DNA of 64,000 nucleotides from Podarcis erhardii (lineage: Eukaryota): the NCBI GenBank assembly GCA_964252035.1, contig OZ176200.1. One strand, given 5' to 3'. A model generated the notes under the pieces. The model was not told the origin of the DNA and searched no databases. It worked only from the letters and a program-made list of their open reading frames with translations. Every line of letters begins with the position of its first letter. Within the stretch, counting starts at the first letter, position 1. This document shows positions 51,735 to 64,000 of the stretch, piece by piece. A program made the translations under genes and the position numbers.

Positions 51735-52050
51735 GACACCTTAGGTTTTAACACATTTATTATGGCATAAGATTCCATGGACCAGAGTCAACTTCATCAG
51801 ATGCATGAGGTTTTATCCTAAGCTGTCAGGTACGTATATAGAAAAAAATGTAAACAGTTAGGTCTTAGGGAAATGAAATGCAAAAAAAGGCTATGACAAT
51901 TACATTAAAGCTTAAAGGTATGTAAAATAAGTACAGTGATCATTGACAAAGCAGTGCTGATGATAATGCAAACAACCTGTCATTGATAAGTTAACATGTG
52001 CAATGGAATAAAAATGGTCAAAGCCTATACTTTTTACATTTCATTTCCCA
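51735..52050. mobile_element. Possible Penelope-like element remnant
   Basis: tggcataagattccatggaccagagtcaacttcatcagatgcatg resembles recalled squamate Penelope termini; by eye only. Confidence 0.3.
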
Positions 52051-52095
52051 ATGACCTCATTATAGATTTTTTTTCTCTACAACCGTGTGCTGCTG

Positions 52096-52312
52096 CTGTT
52101 GTTGTTGTTGTTGTTGTTTGGTTGTTTAGTCGTGTCCGACTCTTCATGACCCCATGGACCAGAGCACGCCAGGCACTCCTGTCTTCCACTGCCTCCCGCG
52201 GTTTGGTCAGACTGATGCTGGTAGCTTCGAGAACACTGTCCAATCATCTCGTCCTCTGTTGTCCCCTTCTCCTTGTGTCCTCCATCTTTCCCAACATCAC
52301 CTGCCAACTTAT
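52096..52312 (-). mobile_element. RTE-BovB 3' end with (CAA)n tail
   Basis: DSVLEATSISLTKPREAVEDRSAWRALVHGVMKSRTRLN then caacaacaac; classic BovB C-terminus. Confidence 0.88.
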
Positions 52313-53084
52313 CACTTCAAACATTTGATGAAGCAAACTCTTGTTTTGGTCAAGTCTCTGAAAATTGTTACAGCTTCAGCACACAATGTATGCACACACC
52401 CAGGCCCAGTAGGGGTTCCCCTTCATTGGGACAGTTTTGGGGTGCAATGGATGACTGCATGCAAACTCAACTTTTTATTTAAAAAAGGGACTTTGATAAT
52501 GAGTAAGGACCAATAGAACATAGACAGGATGACTGATACAGTGAACTTTTCCCCAAATATAAACAAGCACTATCTGTACAAATATATAGGTTTCATTCAG
52601 AATGCAGCATAGCAAGTTTTTGTCTCACAGGCTTTCCTTCCTCTTCTTTCCTTCTTTGTGCGCAAGGGGAAGAGAATTAAAGCTTCTGTTTGAGGTTTAG
52701 AACAGAAGTAGGGAACGGGTTGTTTCCAAATAATAACTGGAAGCTGTCAATCAATCTGCTCCTCTTGCGGGTGGAGGAAAGGGGGGGGGGTGACATGTGA
52801 GCATGAGGCTTACCACAACACATTATCAGAGTGTGGCCACTTCTTTCATGCAAACCAACCAGGAAATGGAGCAGAGACAAATCAGTGACAGGAGAAAAAT
52901 TGAGAGTTACAAATAGAATCAGATGCTAATGCTAAATGCCTTTGAGTCCTGGAAGACCTGCTCCCTGCCTTGCAGGCCTTTTCCCACCTTTTCCCAGAGG
53001 GTGGGGCTTTAACTCACTACAGGTACAGAAACTGACGCTGATGAACAGACTCTTGGGCTGGGGGATTTTGTTGGGGGGACCTGT

Positions 53085-53272
53085 TGATGTTGGTTTTTTG
53101 AATCTTTATTTTAGATATTGTGGTTTATGTGGCAATTGTTCAGTTTGGTTGTGTATTTTTAATGTTTTATTTATTGTTTCTAACTATTTTTGTTATGTTG
53201 TAGTTATGTATTTTTTCATGTTGCAAGTTGCCTTGAGCATGGTTTGAACTGCAGAAAGGTGGTATACAAATA
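53085..53272 (+). mobile_element. L2-like 3' tail fragment
   Basis: T-rich 3'UTR then gcaagttgccttgagc...gaaaggtggtatacaaat. Confidence 0.5.
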
Positions 53273-54899
53273 GAATTATGTTTGTAAGCATAGAGGTGTA
53301 GGTGGAGGCAGGCTTCAGCATGCATATCCCTATGTGGTTGAGGGACCATGCTCACAAGTATCTGCTGTGCTTGTGGTTCCTTCCCCTGCTCAGTTGCTAT
53401 GGCTGTGTGCATCAAACTGTGTAGCAGTCCTGAGGAACTGTTCAAGAGAGGGAGCTGAGCAGGGGAGCAGCTGGGTATAATATTTCTCCGCCCAAAACAG
53501 CAGAATAATAGTACCAGCAATTATCTGACCAGACACTGTATATATGCAGCCAAGGCTGATGCACACATTTGTAGCTGGATAAGGGCCAAAGGGAAGAAGT
53601 GAGACCTGTATGACCCCTTGTGTACTTTGCATACTGCTCCACTAACAGACCATAGAAAGCCAAACCAAAGTGTCCAAACCACTGCTCCACTGTGGTGCCA
53701 ACAATTACACAAAGCTAGAGAGTGACAGCATGCTAGAGACATCTGTGGTTTTAAGTGATTTGCTCTCCTGATGCATTTGCCATTTCCACCCACAGATCAG
53801 ACATTAAGCTGAATGTGACATATTTAAGGCATAACAAACCGACAGCTCTGTCAACCCTGTGGTGGCTGGACCACCTGCTAACTAGAAATGGCCAGCCGTA
53901 TTATTTTGATGTAGCAATAAGAGGGTTGTATAACATGTAAATACGATCAGACCAGTCCATGAATATCCCTTTACTTAATCATTTATTAGGACTCCCCTTT
54001 TCAGAAAATGGAAAAATAGCCCTACCACCCACAAAATAATTCAAACTGCTAATTGCAAAGTGCTGGCAAAACTGCCCTGGAGTTTTAAAAATAACTTCCT
54101 ATACTTCCTATGCCATCCAGCCACTGTAAGTAGAGCCAAACTAGGCAAGTTGGAGCCATGTTTCACATATCTGCCTCATTCACATATAAAGAGGGGTGTA
54201 TATAAGGTCTTGCTCTAACTTTAACATACTTTAAAGTTAAGGAGAGAGCTACACTCTGGCTTCCCAACACTCTGTAGTCAGTTACTTCAGCTGCTCTTCT
54301 CTAATTGTAGAAGTGAGCTAGGAACAGAGAATAGTGGCTTTGGGAAGTTGTAGGAAGGAAAAGATTCAGCACCCCTCACCCATGCAGTCCTTTCACTGTT
54401 TTTATTTGTTTGACTAGAATAGTTTTATGAAGTTTTATAATGCTAATTATGCAAAGCCCGATGAAGGATGGGACGAGTAATAAGGAAGGGCAGAGAAAAA
54501 CTGTAGCTGAAATAAAGGGGGAGGATAATTTCAACCCAGTGATCATTTCTGTAAGTTAATAGTAAGCAACTACATGAGGTTAGTACTGGAGATAAATAAG
54601 TCACCTAAGAGTCCAAATGGATAGGTGGATGTCCAGCTGTTTCCCTCCTGTCAGTTTCACATGCTAACACTAAACCATAAGCCATAAGGTACACAAGGTG
54701 TATACTAGCTGATGAATGCAGCCAGAGTCTGCTTCGCTCCTTCCTTCATGCAAAGTGCAAGCAAACTGTGAAGGGGTTAGCTTAGTGCAATGTCTGAACC
54801 TCGAATTTATTATTTATTGTTTATATATTGAATTTATATTGAAAGCTGCACCCAAAGAAAACTCAATTGCTAGCCATTGTGGAACTGGATAGGAGGACC

Positions 54900-55070
54900 A
54901 TAGGAAGCTGCATTATAAACAAAGCAGACCATCAGTCCATTTAGCTGAGCACCACTAACACTTATTGGCAGCAGCTTTCCAGGGTTCCAGGCAATAGTCT
55001 TTCCCAGCCCTACTTGGAGAAACCAGGGGTTGAAACTGGGACCTTCTGCATGAAAAACATGTCCTCTGCT
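54900..55070 (-). mobile_element. tRNA-derived SINE (Squam-like)
   Basis: aggaagctgcattata...cagaccatcagtccat...ggggttgaaactgggaccttctgcatg (reversed box-B-like motif). Confidence 0.6.
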
Positions 55071-58000
55071 ATCGTTGTTGTACTTCTCTTTGTCAGGATG
55101 TAGTTTATGAAAAACAATAATTTCAAAAGTGTGTCCACTTCTACAACCTGTTGGAGATTTGGAGATATGGAGATTTGTTTTAACATAGTCTTGATAAACT
55201 GGAAATGTATGATTATAGTTTGTTTATTTATTTAACAACAAGCCCCTGGATCTCATTTTTTACAAAAGGAATGTACATTCTGTGCCCCCTGCCCTCCACA
55301 TTACAAGCTTGCCAGATAAGACACGTTTATGGCTGAACCTCCAATCTTTATCAGCCTGACTACAAGTATTCCAGATGGCATGCACTTTGCATGCCCGATT
55401 CAAGCGGAAACCAGCAATTATAACATGTATAAAACATCATCAATCTTCAGGCTGCTATTTTAAAGCCTATGAATAGAGCTCTTTCTGTCTCAGAACGTGC
55501 ATCTTCACAATCTGGAGATTGTTCTTCCTTGGAGGATGTGATGTCATCCTTAGAAAATGTCTTCAGCTTTCTAGCCTATAGCTGATCGAAAAAATGAGCT
55601 TCTCTTTCAGAATCTTGAGCATCATCTCTGAAGGAATGTCACTGTGAAATTAGGTGGTGTGCTTTCTCAAATGAATTTCTTGCTCTGGTTGCCCATGGCC
55701 ATTAGACCATAGAGGAAGGATGAAGCTAAGTATCAGGAGTAATTGTTCTCCTGGTGTGAATGGAAAATGGAAGCCTGAAAAAGCCACAAAACAAAATGTC
55801 AGTGTCTTTACAATATGAGTGGAAAAAATATGGGCTGGCTCATATATTACTGCTGGAGCTTCCTTTGTGGGGAAATCCTGGACTGGGAATACCTATTTCT
55901 AAAGTGGTATGTCCAAAGACAGATGTCCAGAAGACCTAAAGAGGGAGGAGAATGGCAGGGTAGGAGACAGCCTCTACCAACAGTCTACTTGCAGAATACT
56001 TACAGGAAGAAAGGAGGAGAGGAGAACAAATGCCTGCCACTCCATCAGTGATGGGCCTGGGGAGAAAGGTTAATAGTGCTGGTGGAGCAGAAAGTGAGCA
56101 TAGTTTGTTTCCCACTTAATTAACACTAGGAGCCACCAGGTAAGATGACACTAGGTAAGCTATTAACACACATCCTAAGAGTCTTGAGTTGCAGCATCAC
56201 ATTCTCCAGATCTACTCAAATGTCTCCTCCACCCACGGTCACTTCAGAGGCAAAGGGAGGCTGAACCCTCCTTTCACCTCCACAACTGAGAGAGGAGAGT
56301 TGGGTTCACAGACAGTATGCTCAGTGCCCTCCTCTCAACACTTGCTTCAAGGTCAGGAAGGTGGTTTCAGCCCTTTTACTATGGGGATGCTATTTGGCTC
56401 AGAAAAAAAGTTTTATCTGAGCCCCTGTCCAACAATTTACCTATTGTGGGTAAAAGGAATGAGAATCATTATTTGGCCCCCTTCCTTCCCCTCTCAATTC
56501 CTTTTAGATTCCTACTTGTATGGATTGTATAAGGAAAATTTGAAAACTCAAATTCAAGCCACAGGCCTCTTTATGTTTCTTACTACCTCTTCAGAACTGA
56601 GAATAAGCATAAATGGAGACTGAAAAATGTCACTCACTGAAGTATAGCCCTGGTGATTTTAGTATTTCATTATCCTCTTACAATTTTGTACTCATTGGTG
56701 ATGGCTGAGGCAAGGTATTTTAGAGGTTCTATCTAATTCCTGAAAAAACGAGAGTGCCTTCCTTGTCTATGACTGATCCTTCTGTCTAATTCCTGTCAAG
56801 TTCAAATTAAACTGAAAATACACCAGATGGCACTAAGCAACAAGCATTTTAAAATCCATCTTCTGTAAGAAGACGTCCCCAGACTTGTACACCCACCAAT
56901 AATGCCTTGACTAACCTCCTCTGCAAATTACACAAGCCGAACAGAGTGCTATACTATCAATACCCTCAGCATATTTTTCAGAAATAACATAGATAAACAT
57001 TCCCAGCAAGTGCACTTAATAGATCTGTTTGCCAATGGTGTTGCCTAAATTCTCAGCTGTGCTTGTGAGGAAACTTTTTTTCAAAAAAGAAGGGAAACAA
57101 ACTATCAGGAGCTCTGGTTCTCTACCCCCTTCTTAAAGAACATACAAAGAATGCGGCAAGAGGTGGTCTGGGCAAAAGCAACACCCACCCCCACCCCCTG
57201 CTAAAACATTAGCAGCAAACCACTGCCAACAACTCTCAGAGAACTAGTCAGAACATGCTTGTTAACTCCCAAAGCCACATGAGAAAGGAAAAATAAGCAC
57301 ATGGAGAGTAGTAATGCTTAAACTGAGTTCAAATCCAAGAGAGATGATGATTCAAGGAATGTGGCAATTAATTCTAAAAAGAATGACTTTATCTTCAGTA
57401 GAAGTAGGACTGAGTCCAGAATTCGATATTAGTAAAAGTCTAATGATAATCAAACTCACTCTGTACTGTTGCATGTTTTTAAAATGGCAACCTGAATCAC
57501 AGTCTTACTGGAATAAGCATCCTACATAAAACTATTCCATGTGGAAACAATTCTCAAATAATATAACTTTAATGTATGTCAATAATGTGTTTATATAATA
57601 TATAAACCAAGAGACTGAAATATATCTCAGCTGCAGATAATATCCTTCTAAAGAAAACATATGACTCCATTAGAGAAGAAACTCCTCTTGCTTGAGGAAC
57701 ATGAAATGATGTAATCTGACTTCTTCTCCATGTTAGTTTCCCTGTTCTTTTTTTTTCCTGCACCAGCTGCAGCCTGCCAATCCTTGAAGGGGCTTGCAAA
57801 ATCTTTGGAGCATCTACAATCAGTCCTGTATGGTGGGACTTCAAAGTGCCCCATCACCTGATGTAATAGTGAAATCAAGGGACTGACAGGTGGCCTGTGA
57901 GGGCTAAGGGTAGTAAAAAATCTGGCCTGCCAGCCAGATCCAGTTCACTACCTCTGCAGTAGACCTGCAACAAAGGAACACAACTCCCTTCATTCCTGAC

Positions 58001-59954
58001 CATTGGCCATGTTTGGTGGTGAAAAGAGCTGAAACAACAACATCTGGAAGGGCACAGTTTCTTCACCCTGATTTAAAGGCTGAATGTACTTGACTACATC
58101 CTTTGTAGACCATTTCTGCAGATTTCTGTTGTTGTAGACATGAACCAACTCTCATGCATATGAAGGTAACTCCTAAGCTGCAAAGTTTTCCATTTATAGG
58201 TAACAATATTATGTTACTTCCAACTTGAATTTGCCTGAGTACATTCCATACTCCAAATGAATTTACACCTCCAGAATTCCTTACAATTACAGTAAGCTCC
58301 AATGCATCACAGTAACTTTATATCTGAACTTAAATCTTAAATTGCTGTTCTCTTAAACATAAACTAAGGTAAGCTTCCAGATAAAAGCAATTTTGTGCGA
58401 TATCAATGCTAAAATCCTTACAAATAGGTTCATGGGAGAAAATATTAGACAATATGCTTTATAGGTATGAGATACTATGTAGAGTTGTTTCCTATGCATG
58501 CAGCATGATTATATGCCTGTTTGTTCATAAATAAGCAACACAAAATTTAAAAGGATTTACTCTGAATTTCATTGTGCACTGGATAGCAGCCTTGTGATTC
58601 AATCCTAGCTATGTCTACTCAGAAGTAAGTCCTACTGAATTCAATAAGGCTTACTCCTAGATAAGTGGGGTCAGAATTGCAGCTGTAAATCACTGAACTG
58701 GGGAAAGTATTATGAAATCAGTTACATTCTTTTCATGCTGGATTCTAGCTTAGTGAAACAAGCCTCTACTTCTAGGTGCATACTGCCCTAAGGCAACATT
58801 TCTTAACATCAAAGAACTTGAAAATATCTCAGTGGTAATCTATTATTATATGACATGTTCTGAAGAAGGACATCCATGCTATTGCCAGCACATGCCACTT
58901 TCCAGTTACAACTGTTTCTACAACATACCTTCATTGTCAACATCAATCCATTCATTTCTGGGTCTAGTCTTTTAGCTAAGCTACAGTTCGTGCAGCCACT
59001 ATCATAGACAGGAATCTGAATTTATTTTTTCAATATTTTGTGAGGTGTCCTTTTACCATCCTAAATTCTAGGGAACATTACTTTTTAAAGTCAATTTTCT
59101 TTCAGCCCGCCGCTAAAGTAGGCTGCATAGAATCACCACAGAATATTCTCCATAGAGCATTAAGGAAACAGTGTTTAAATGCTAAAGTATCCAACAATGT
59201 ATCAAGGAAAGGACATGTGCTGTGCACCCCTATGGGAATGAACATCTGTACATAGGCATGGGAGGTTTTCACAAAACTATGAATGCTTTCATGCAGTATC
59301 ATTTGCCTCTGATGCAAACAAAAGAATTTACATTGGGTCTATTTTCAAGGGAAACAAGAAGCCATTTGATATTCTCAAAAGACTGCGGTATAGAATTGTT
59401 GTTTCAACCTGTCATTGTTTTCCTTGATCTACAATGCGTGTCTTCCTTTCATCATCATCAAAAATAAGGAAAAAGGTGAAATCTAGTATTGCCTAACCAA
59501 AATATGCAGAAATATATAGATTAATGATACATATCTAGCGCAGTTAGCAGTATGGGGTGGCTTCATTCCTCAGATTAGCAAACAGGTTTTTCCACAAACA
59601 AACTTTTAAGCCATCAGTGTGATTTCAGGTCATTGTTTGGCCCAAGGACATGAAGCAAAACTAAGAACAAAGGAAATACTTTGGCTTAAGTTACAGGCCC
59701 TGGAGAATAAAGTTTTGTCTCACAAAGCAGCCAGAAAAATATTTACTGGATGCTGCAATCCCTTTTTTGACTTTGCACTCTATCTTGGAGACTAGCTACA
59801 GACCCAACAAGTGAGACAATGCAAGCAGTATTCTCATTTCAGCATTAAGAATGCTCTCTCAAGAGGGAAGAAGGTATACCTAGAGGCCACTTTCAGTTTC
59901 CTAGGCCCAAGATCTTCACATAAACAGGCAGCAGAGATACATGAGTTTTTTTGT

Positions 59955-60060
59955 TTGTTTGAACTTTACAGGCTGCCTGCTCAGTTCCAGTCCCAATTTA
60001 AAGTGTTGATTTATAACCCATAAAGCCCTAAACAGCTTGGAGCCAGCATCTCTAAAGACA
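59955..60060 (+). mobile_element. L2 ORF2 C-terminal fragment
   Basis: ELYRLPAQFQSQFKVLIY..KALNSLEP resembles the L2 motif LHWLPV.FR.QFKVLVL..KALN.LGP. Confidence 0.55.
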
Positions 60061-61081
60061 CATGGCAGTGTCCTCTAGGTTATATAACTGCCTCTCTATG
60101 GAAGTTAGTATGTGACTGCCTGCTTTTATGGGGAATGCTCTTTTCCATAGATCTTTTCATTATTTTTAATGTTGATTTAGACTAAATTTAAAGCTAAATT
60201 AACTAGTATTAGACACTTACCGTAATCATATTATTACTGTTTATGCTGATATTATTGCATTTTCTAATTTTTGCAGACAATTTGGTTTATTTAAGATACA
60301 GGATAATTTTTTTTAGATGAAATAAACTAACTTTACAATCTTACTGTTACCTGCTTTCTTCCACTCTGTCATGCTCATAGTTTACTTTGCAAGATAGAAA
60401 AAAGTAGATCAGTAATATGATGGACAAGATGAAAACACAGAAGCAAGGAGAAAATGCCAAGATGCGGATTCTTTTTCTATGCATGCAAAATAAGCTTAAT
60501 GTCTGCAAGTCTGTGTCACATTTAAATCACACATGCAGCAACGCAGAGCTAAATGGCTTCTCTCTTTGCTCACAGACTCTCTAATGACTACACTCCCAAA
60601 CACCCAGCATATACGCCTCCTACTCAACACCCACACACAGTACATTGTGCACAAATGTACAGCAAGCACATAATCTGCATGCACTTACCTTCTGCATAAG
60701 CCCATGTAACAGGGTCCTCATGTAACTGTGACTTGTCTTCCTATCACACAGAATGTGCTTTTCAAATCACCCCTTATGTTCTCTACACAAGGAAGATTGC
60801 TAGAGAAAATTAGAAGCTGTTTCTAGTCTAATTATTTAATTAGATAACCCAATTTTTAAAAATATCTTTCAATTCCCAGATCCTCTCTCGTTATATAGTT
60901 CAGGGCACTGTAATACTCTGCAGCAGCCAGTGGAATATTTTTTTCCAAACCTCTTTATCTCTTACACCAAAGTCATGAATCGAAAACTGCCCTATATCTT
61001 TGCTGCACACTGTCTCTGCTTAGCTTCCTTTATCAACTGCAGGCGCCCATGAATTTTGGTTGAATATGAAAGCCAATAACT

Positions 61082-61351
61082 TAGATTAGATTTATTGAGA
61101 AGAAATTAGATTTATTGAGAATAAGTTTAATTATGAAAAAAATGTGTATTGGCAATAAGTAATATGAATTTGAAATATGGAATAGACGGGAAGTTGGGTC
61201 TTTAGTGTTAAGACCAATAGATGTTTTATTGTTTGCCGAGAAAATTATGTGTCTATGGTTATTTTTGTAATTTGTGTGTAATTTGGTATTTGTGTTTTTT
61301 CGTGTGTGTTTTTTCTTGTTGTATAAATAAATATTAAAAAGGGGGAAAAGG
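61082..61351 (+). mobile_element. L1-type 3'UTR insertion with 14-bp TSD
   Basis: GAAAGCCAATAACT at 61068-61081 and 61352-61365 flanks an AT-rich 270-bp insert ending aataaatattaaaaa. Confidence 0.75.
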
Positions 61352-61440
61352 GAAAGCCAATAACTGTTTGTAGTCAGTGACCAAAGAGAAGCTCTCTTAC
61401 TTCCTGCTCTACAGAGGTGAAGTATTCTGAGTAACAGGAC

Positions 61441-61815
61441 TTTATTTTATTTATTATATTTTTAATTAAATTTCAATACTGCCCTTCATCCAAGGATTAC
61501 AGGGCAGTTTACAATATAAAAACACAAAAATGCATAACATAGTAACAACAATACCCCCATAAAGTTTTAAAGGCCATAGATTGTTTAATTGGACAAAGGC
61601 CTGGGAGAAGTGGGATGTTTTTGCCTGGCACCTAAATATATGCAATGAAGGCACCAGATGAGCCTCTATGGGGAGAGCACTCCCAAAGCAGGGAGCCACC
61701 ACAGAAAATGTCCATTCTCATTTGCTGCCCTCTGGACCTCTTGTGGAGGAAGCACACAAAGAAGGGCCTCAGAAGATGGTTGCAGAGTCCAGGTGAAATA
61801 ATGAGGGGTAGCAAT
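61441..61815 (-). mobile_element. L2-type LINE 3' end
   Basis: Reverse complement of the same family as 40198-40665 (aaaggcctgggag, gagcactcccaaagcagggagccaccacagaaaatgtcc). Confidence 0.75.
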
Positions 61816-63261
61816 CCAATCCATGATGCTGATGCTATTTTGTAGTTCAAGGCATAGCCTGGGACCATTTTGATACAGGTACCCTCTGTCTCCTAGCTGC
61901 TTTAAAAAATGTGGTACTGCTTTAAAAAATGTGGCTAAGTACTCTAGAGATTGAGTCACCAAGCTTAAGCATCAGACGTTGTATTAGTGAAGCCCTAAGA
62001 CTATGGTTGCATCAGTGCAAGGATTTTCCTTGCACAACATAACCTCCTCTCCCTCTCTTCCCCCTCCATGCACCCCCTAAATCTGTTCTGAGGGTTCCCC
62101 AACCTCAAGTTTGGTGGTAGCATGGGTTGCTACTGGGTGAGGAAAAAGTCAGAAGTCAAGTCTTTGTGTGCACCTAAAGAAGCTTTTGGGATCGTTCTAG
62201 CTTATGGCCAACTTGCCCTTGTTCTCCAATATAAATGAAGAATCCTAAAGCAACCTCAACAAGAAGAGAAAAACAGAGCCTCTCTCAAAATCCACAAGAT
62301 AAACATCATTTTGTAAGGAACTCCATCAAGATTTTGTGACACTGGAATTAATGAAGCAAAGGGAGGGGGGAGGGAAGAATGGCTAGCTGTCTCATCCAAG
62401 AGCAGGCAGAGTAAAGAAAATAACTGCCAGATCAGAAAAGGAAGATTAAGCAACACACCTATTATAAGAGATTCAGGTAAAATGTATAAAGCACCTGCTT
62501 TTGGTGACAACCAATTGGTCAGGGGTTTCATTGATGCCAACTTTCACAACTACACGTTACGTTTTAAAGATTGCAAAGGTTGTTGTAGTGAACTATGAAT
62601 TTCCAGGGCATGTATTATATTTCATTTCATAAATAGACTACTTTTGGGAAAGCAACCAATATTACTGTATGAAATGTTTCTAAGAGCAATGGGGATGAAT
62701 CCCAAATACAGAACACAGTGAAGCATGTTATACAAATTGGCTTTCAAAGCAAAAATTGCTTCCCAACAATTTGAAAGCTTCAAAATTTCTCACAGATGTC
62801 TTTCTTCCTTCTTCTTACAGTACTCCTTCTCTTGGTCACAGCTGTGTTGTGCCAAAAAGGCTGCATTAGCATGCAGAACCCTACTTTGATTCAGGAGACA
62901 GTCGTGCTAACTGTAGAAAGTAGAAGCCTTGCTGAGAGAGAAAATAGGAAAGCTAGTGGAATGGAGCTATCAATAATTCACTGAGAGTCCATGGATATCT
63001 GCTGACAACAGCCTTAAAAACATTCTAGGCACTTGGAGAAGGAAGAAATTCACAAAAAGGTACCTAGAACAGTGTATATCTGCTCTGGAAGGACAAAAGA
63101 GAAGAAAACACAACAACACATCCACGTGGAAAGAAACCATATTCAGGGATAACAGAACATATTAATTGTGGGTGTATTTCAACTTCTGAATAAGAAAATA
63201 GTTACCTATTACATTCGTTATGTGAAAATTAGCTTCATGTAAACCACGTTCTGGCGGCTGA

Positions 63262-64000
63262 TAAGTTAGAAGTGAAGGCCTTTTGGGAGATGATTCATAA
63301 TGAACTAAAAAAGGTACTTAGATATACCTTACCTAAGAAACCGGAGGCCTTTCTTCTGGGCATTGTGGACCAGAGAGTACTTAAGAAAGATAGAACTTTT
63401 TTTATGTATGCTACCACAGCAGCAAGGATCCTGATTGCTAAGCATTGGAAGACACAAGATTTACCCACGCTGGAGGAATGGCAGACGCAGTTGATGGACT
63501 ATATGGAACTGGCTGAAATGACTGGCAGAATCCGAGACTTGGGAGAAGAAACAATCGAGGAGGACTGGGAAAAATTTAAAGACTATTTGAAAAAACATTA
63601 CAAGTTGTATGAATGTTAAAAAATGCTCTTTTTAGAAATTCTTGCTTCAGCATTGGTAAATTAATGAAATGGAAATTAAGGTACAAGAAGTTAAAGGTGG
63701 AATAATGAAATAACTTTATTATGTTTAAGTTAAAACATATAAGATTTGGGTTACAATAGTTTTGAAATTAGGCAACATGATAAAATGAAAGATACAATAA
63801 GCTTGGAAATAAGTTAACAAATTGCTGATATTTTGAATTACAGAGAATGCAGGGTTTGGAGGATGTGGGGAAGTCCAATAGATGCGTTGGAAAAAAGGAT
63901 TATGGAAATTTGTAATTTCTCTACTGTATTTTTCTATCTATGTCTTTATTTCTTTTTTCTGTATTTCATAAACTTAATAAAAATATTATTAAAAAAAGAG
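63262..64000 (+). mobile_element. L1 LINE 3' end (ORF2 C-terminus, 3'UTR, AATAAA and A-rich tail)
   Basis: KVKAFWEMIHNELKKVL...PEAFLLGI...YATTAARILIAKHWK...PTLEEWQ..., typical of non-mammalian L1 ORF2 C-termini; aataaa at ~63976. Confidence 0.85.

Noticed and set aside
57648-57878. Minus-strand ORF with a plausible acceptor
   Set aside because: Not similar to DAGLA or any protein I recognise; no matching donor identified.
62796-62984. Signal-peptide-like ORF MSFFLLLTVLLLLVTAV
   Set aside because: Hydrophobicity comes from a pyrimidine tract; short and unsupported.

Overview
Vertebrate genomic DNA, most likely from a squamate (lizard), judging by its TE complement: squamate L2, CR1 and BovB tails, Squam-like SINEs and CAGTGG-TIR MITEs. 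The window holds the complete coding region of DAGLA (diacylglycerol lipase alpha) on the minus strand. I assembled 19 coding exons by hand between 41367 and 14868: 3093 nt, 1030 aa plus stop, phase-consistent, with the GHSLG nucleophile, catalytic Asp and His, and a Homer-type PPxxF motif. The non-coding first exon was not located. The rest is intronic or flanking DNA with many TE fragments. Most notable: (i) two consecutive GC-AG introns with identical AG|GCAAGT donors, directly after the exons carrying the catalytic Ser and Asp; (ii) a recursive-splice-like CAG-AAG|GTGAG junction at the start of the ATG-containing exon; (iii) a young-looking, frame-intact, fish-type Rex1/Babar retrotransposon in the upstream intron; (iv) a C-terminus (-ISAL) fitting a class I PDZ ligand; (v) a MITE carrying paired ETS and NRF1 motifs. 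All alignments are by eye or from memory; no database searches were run.
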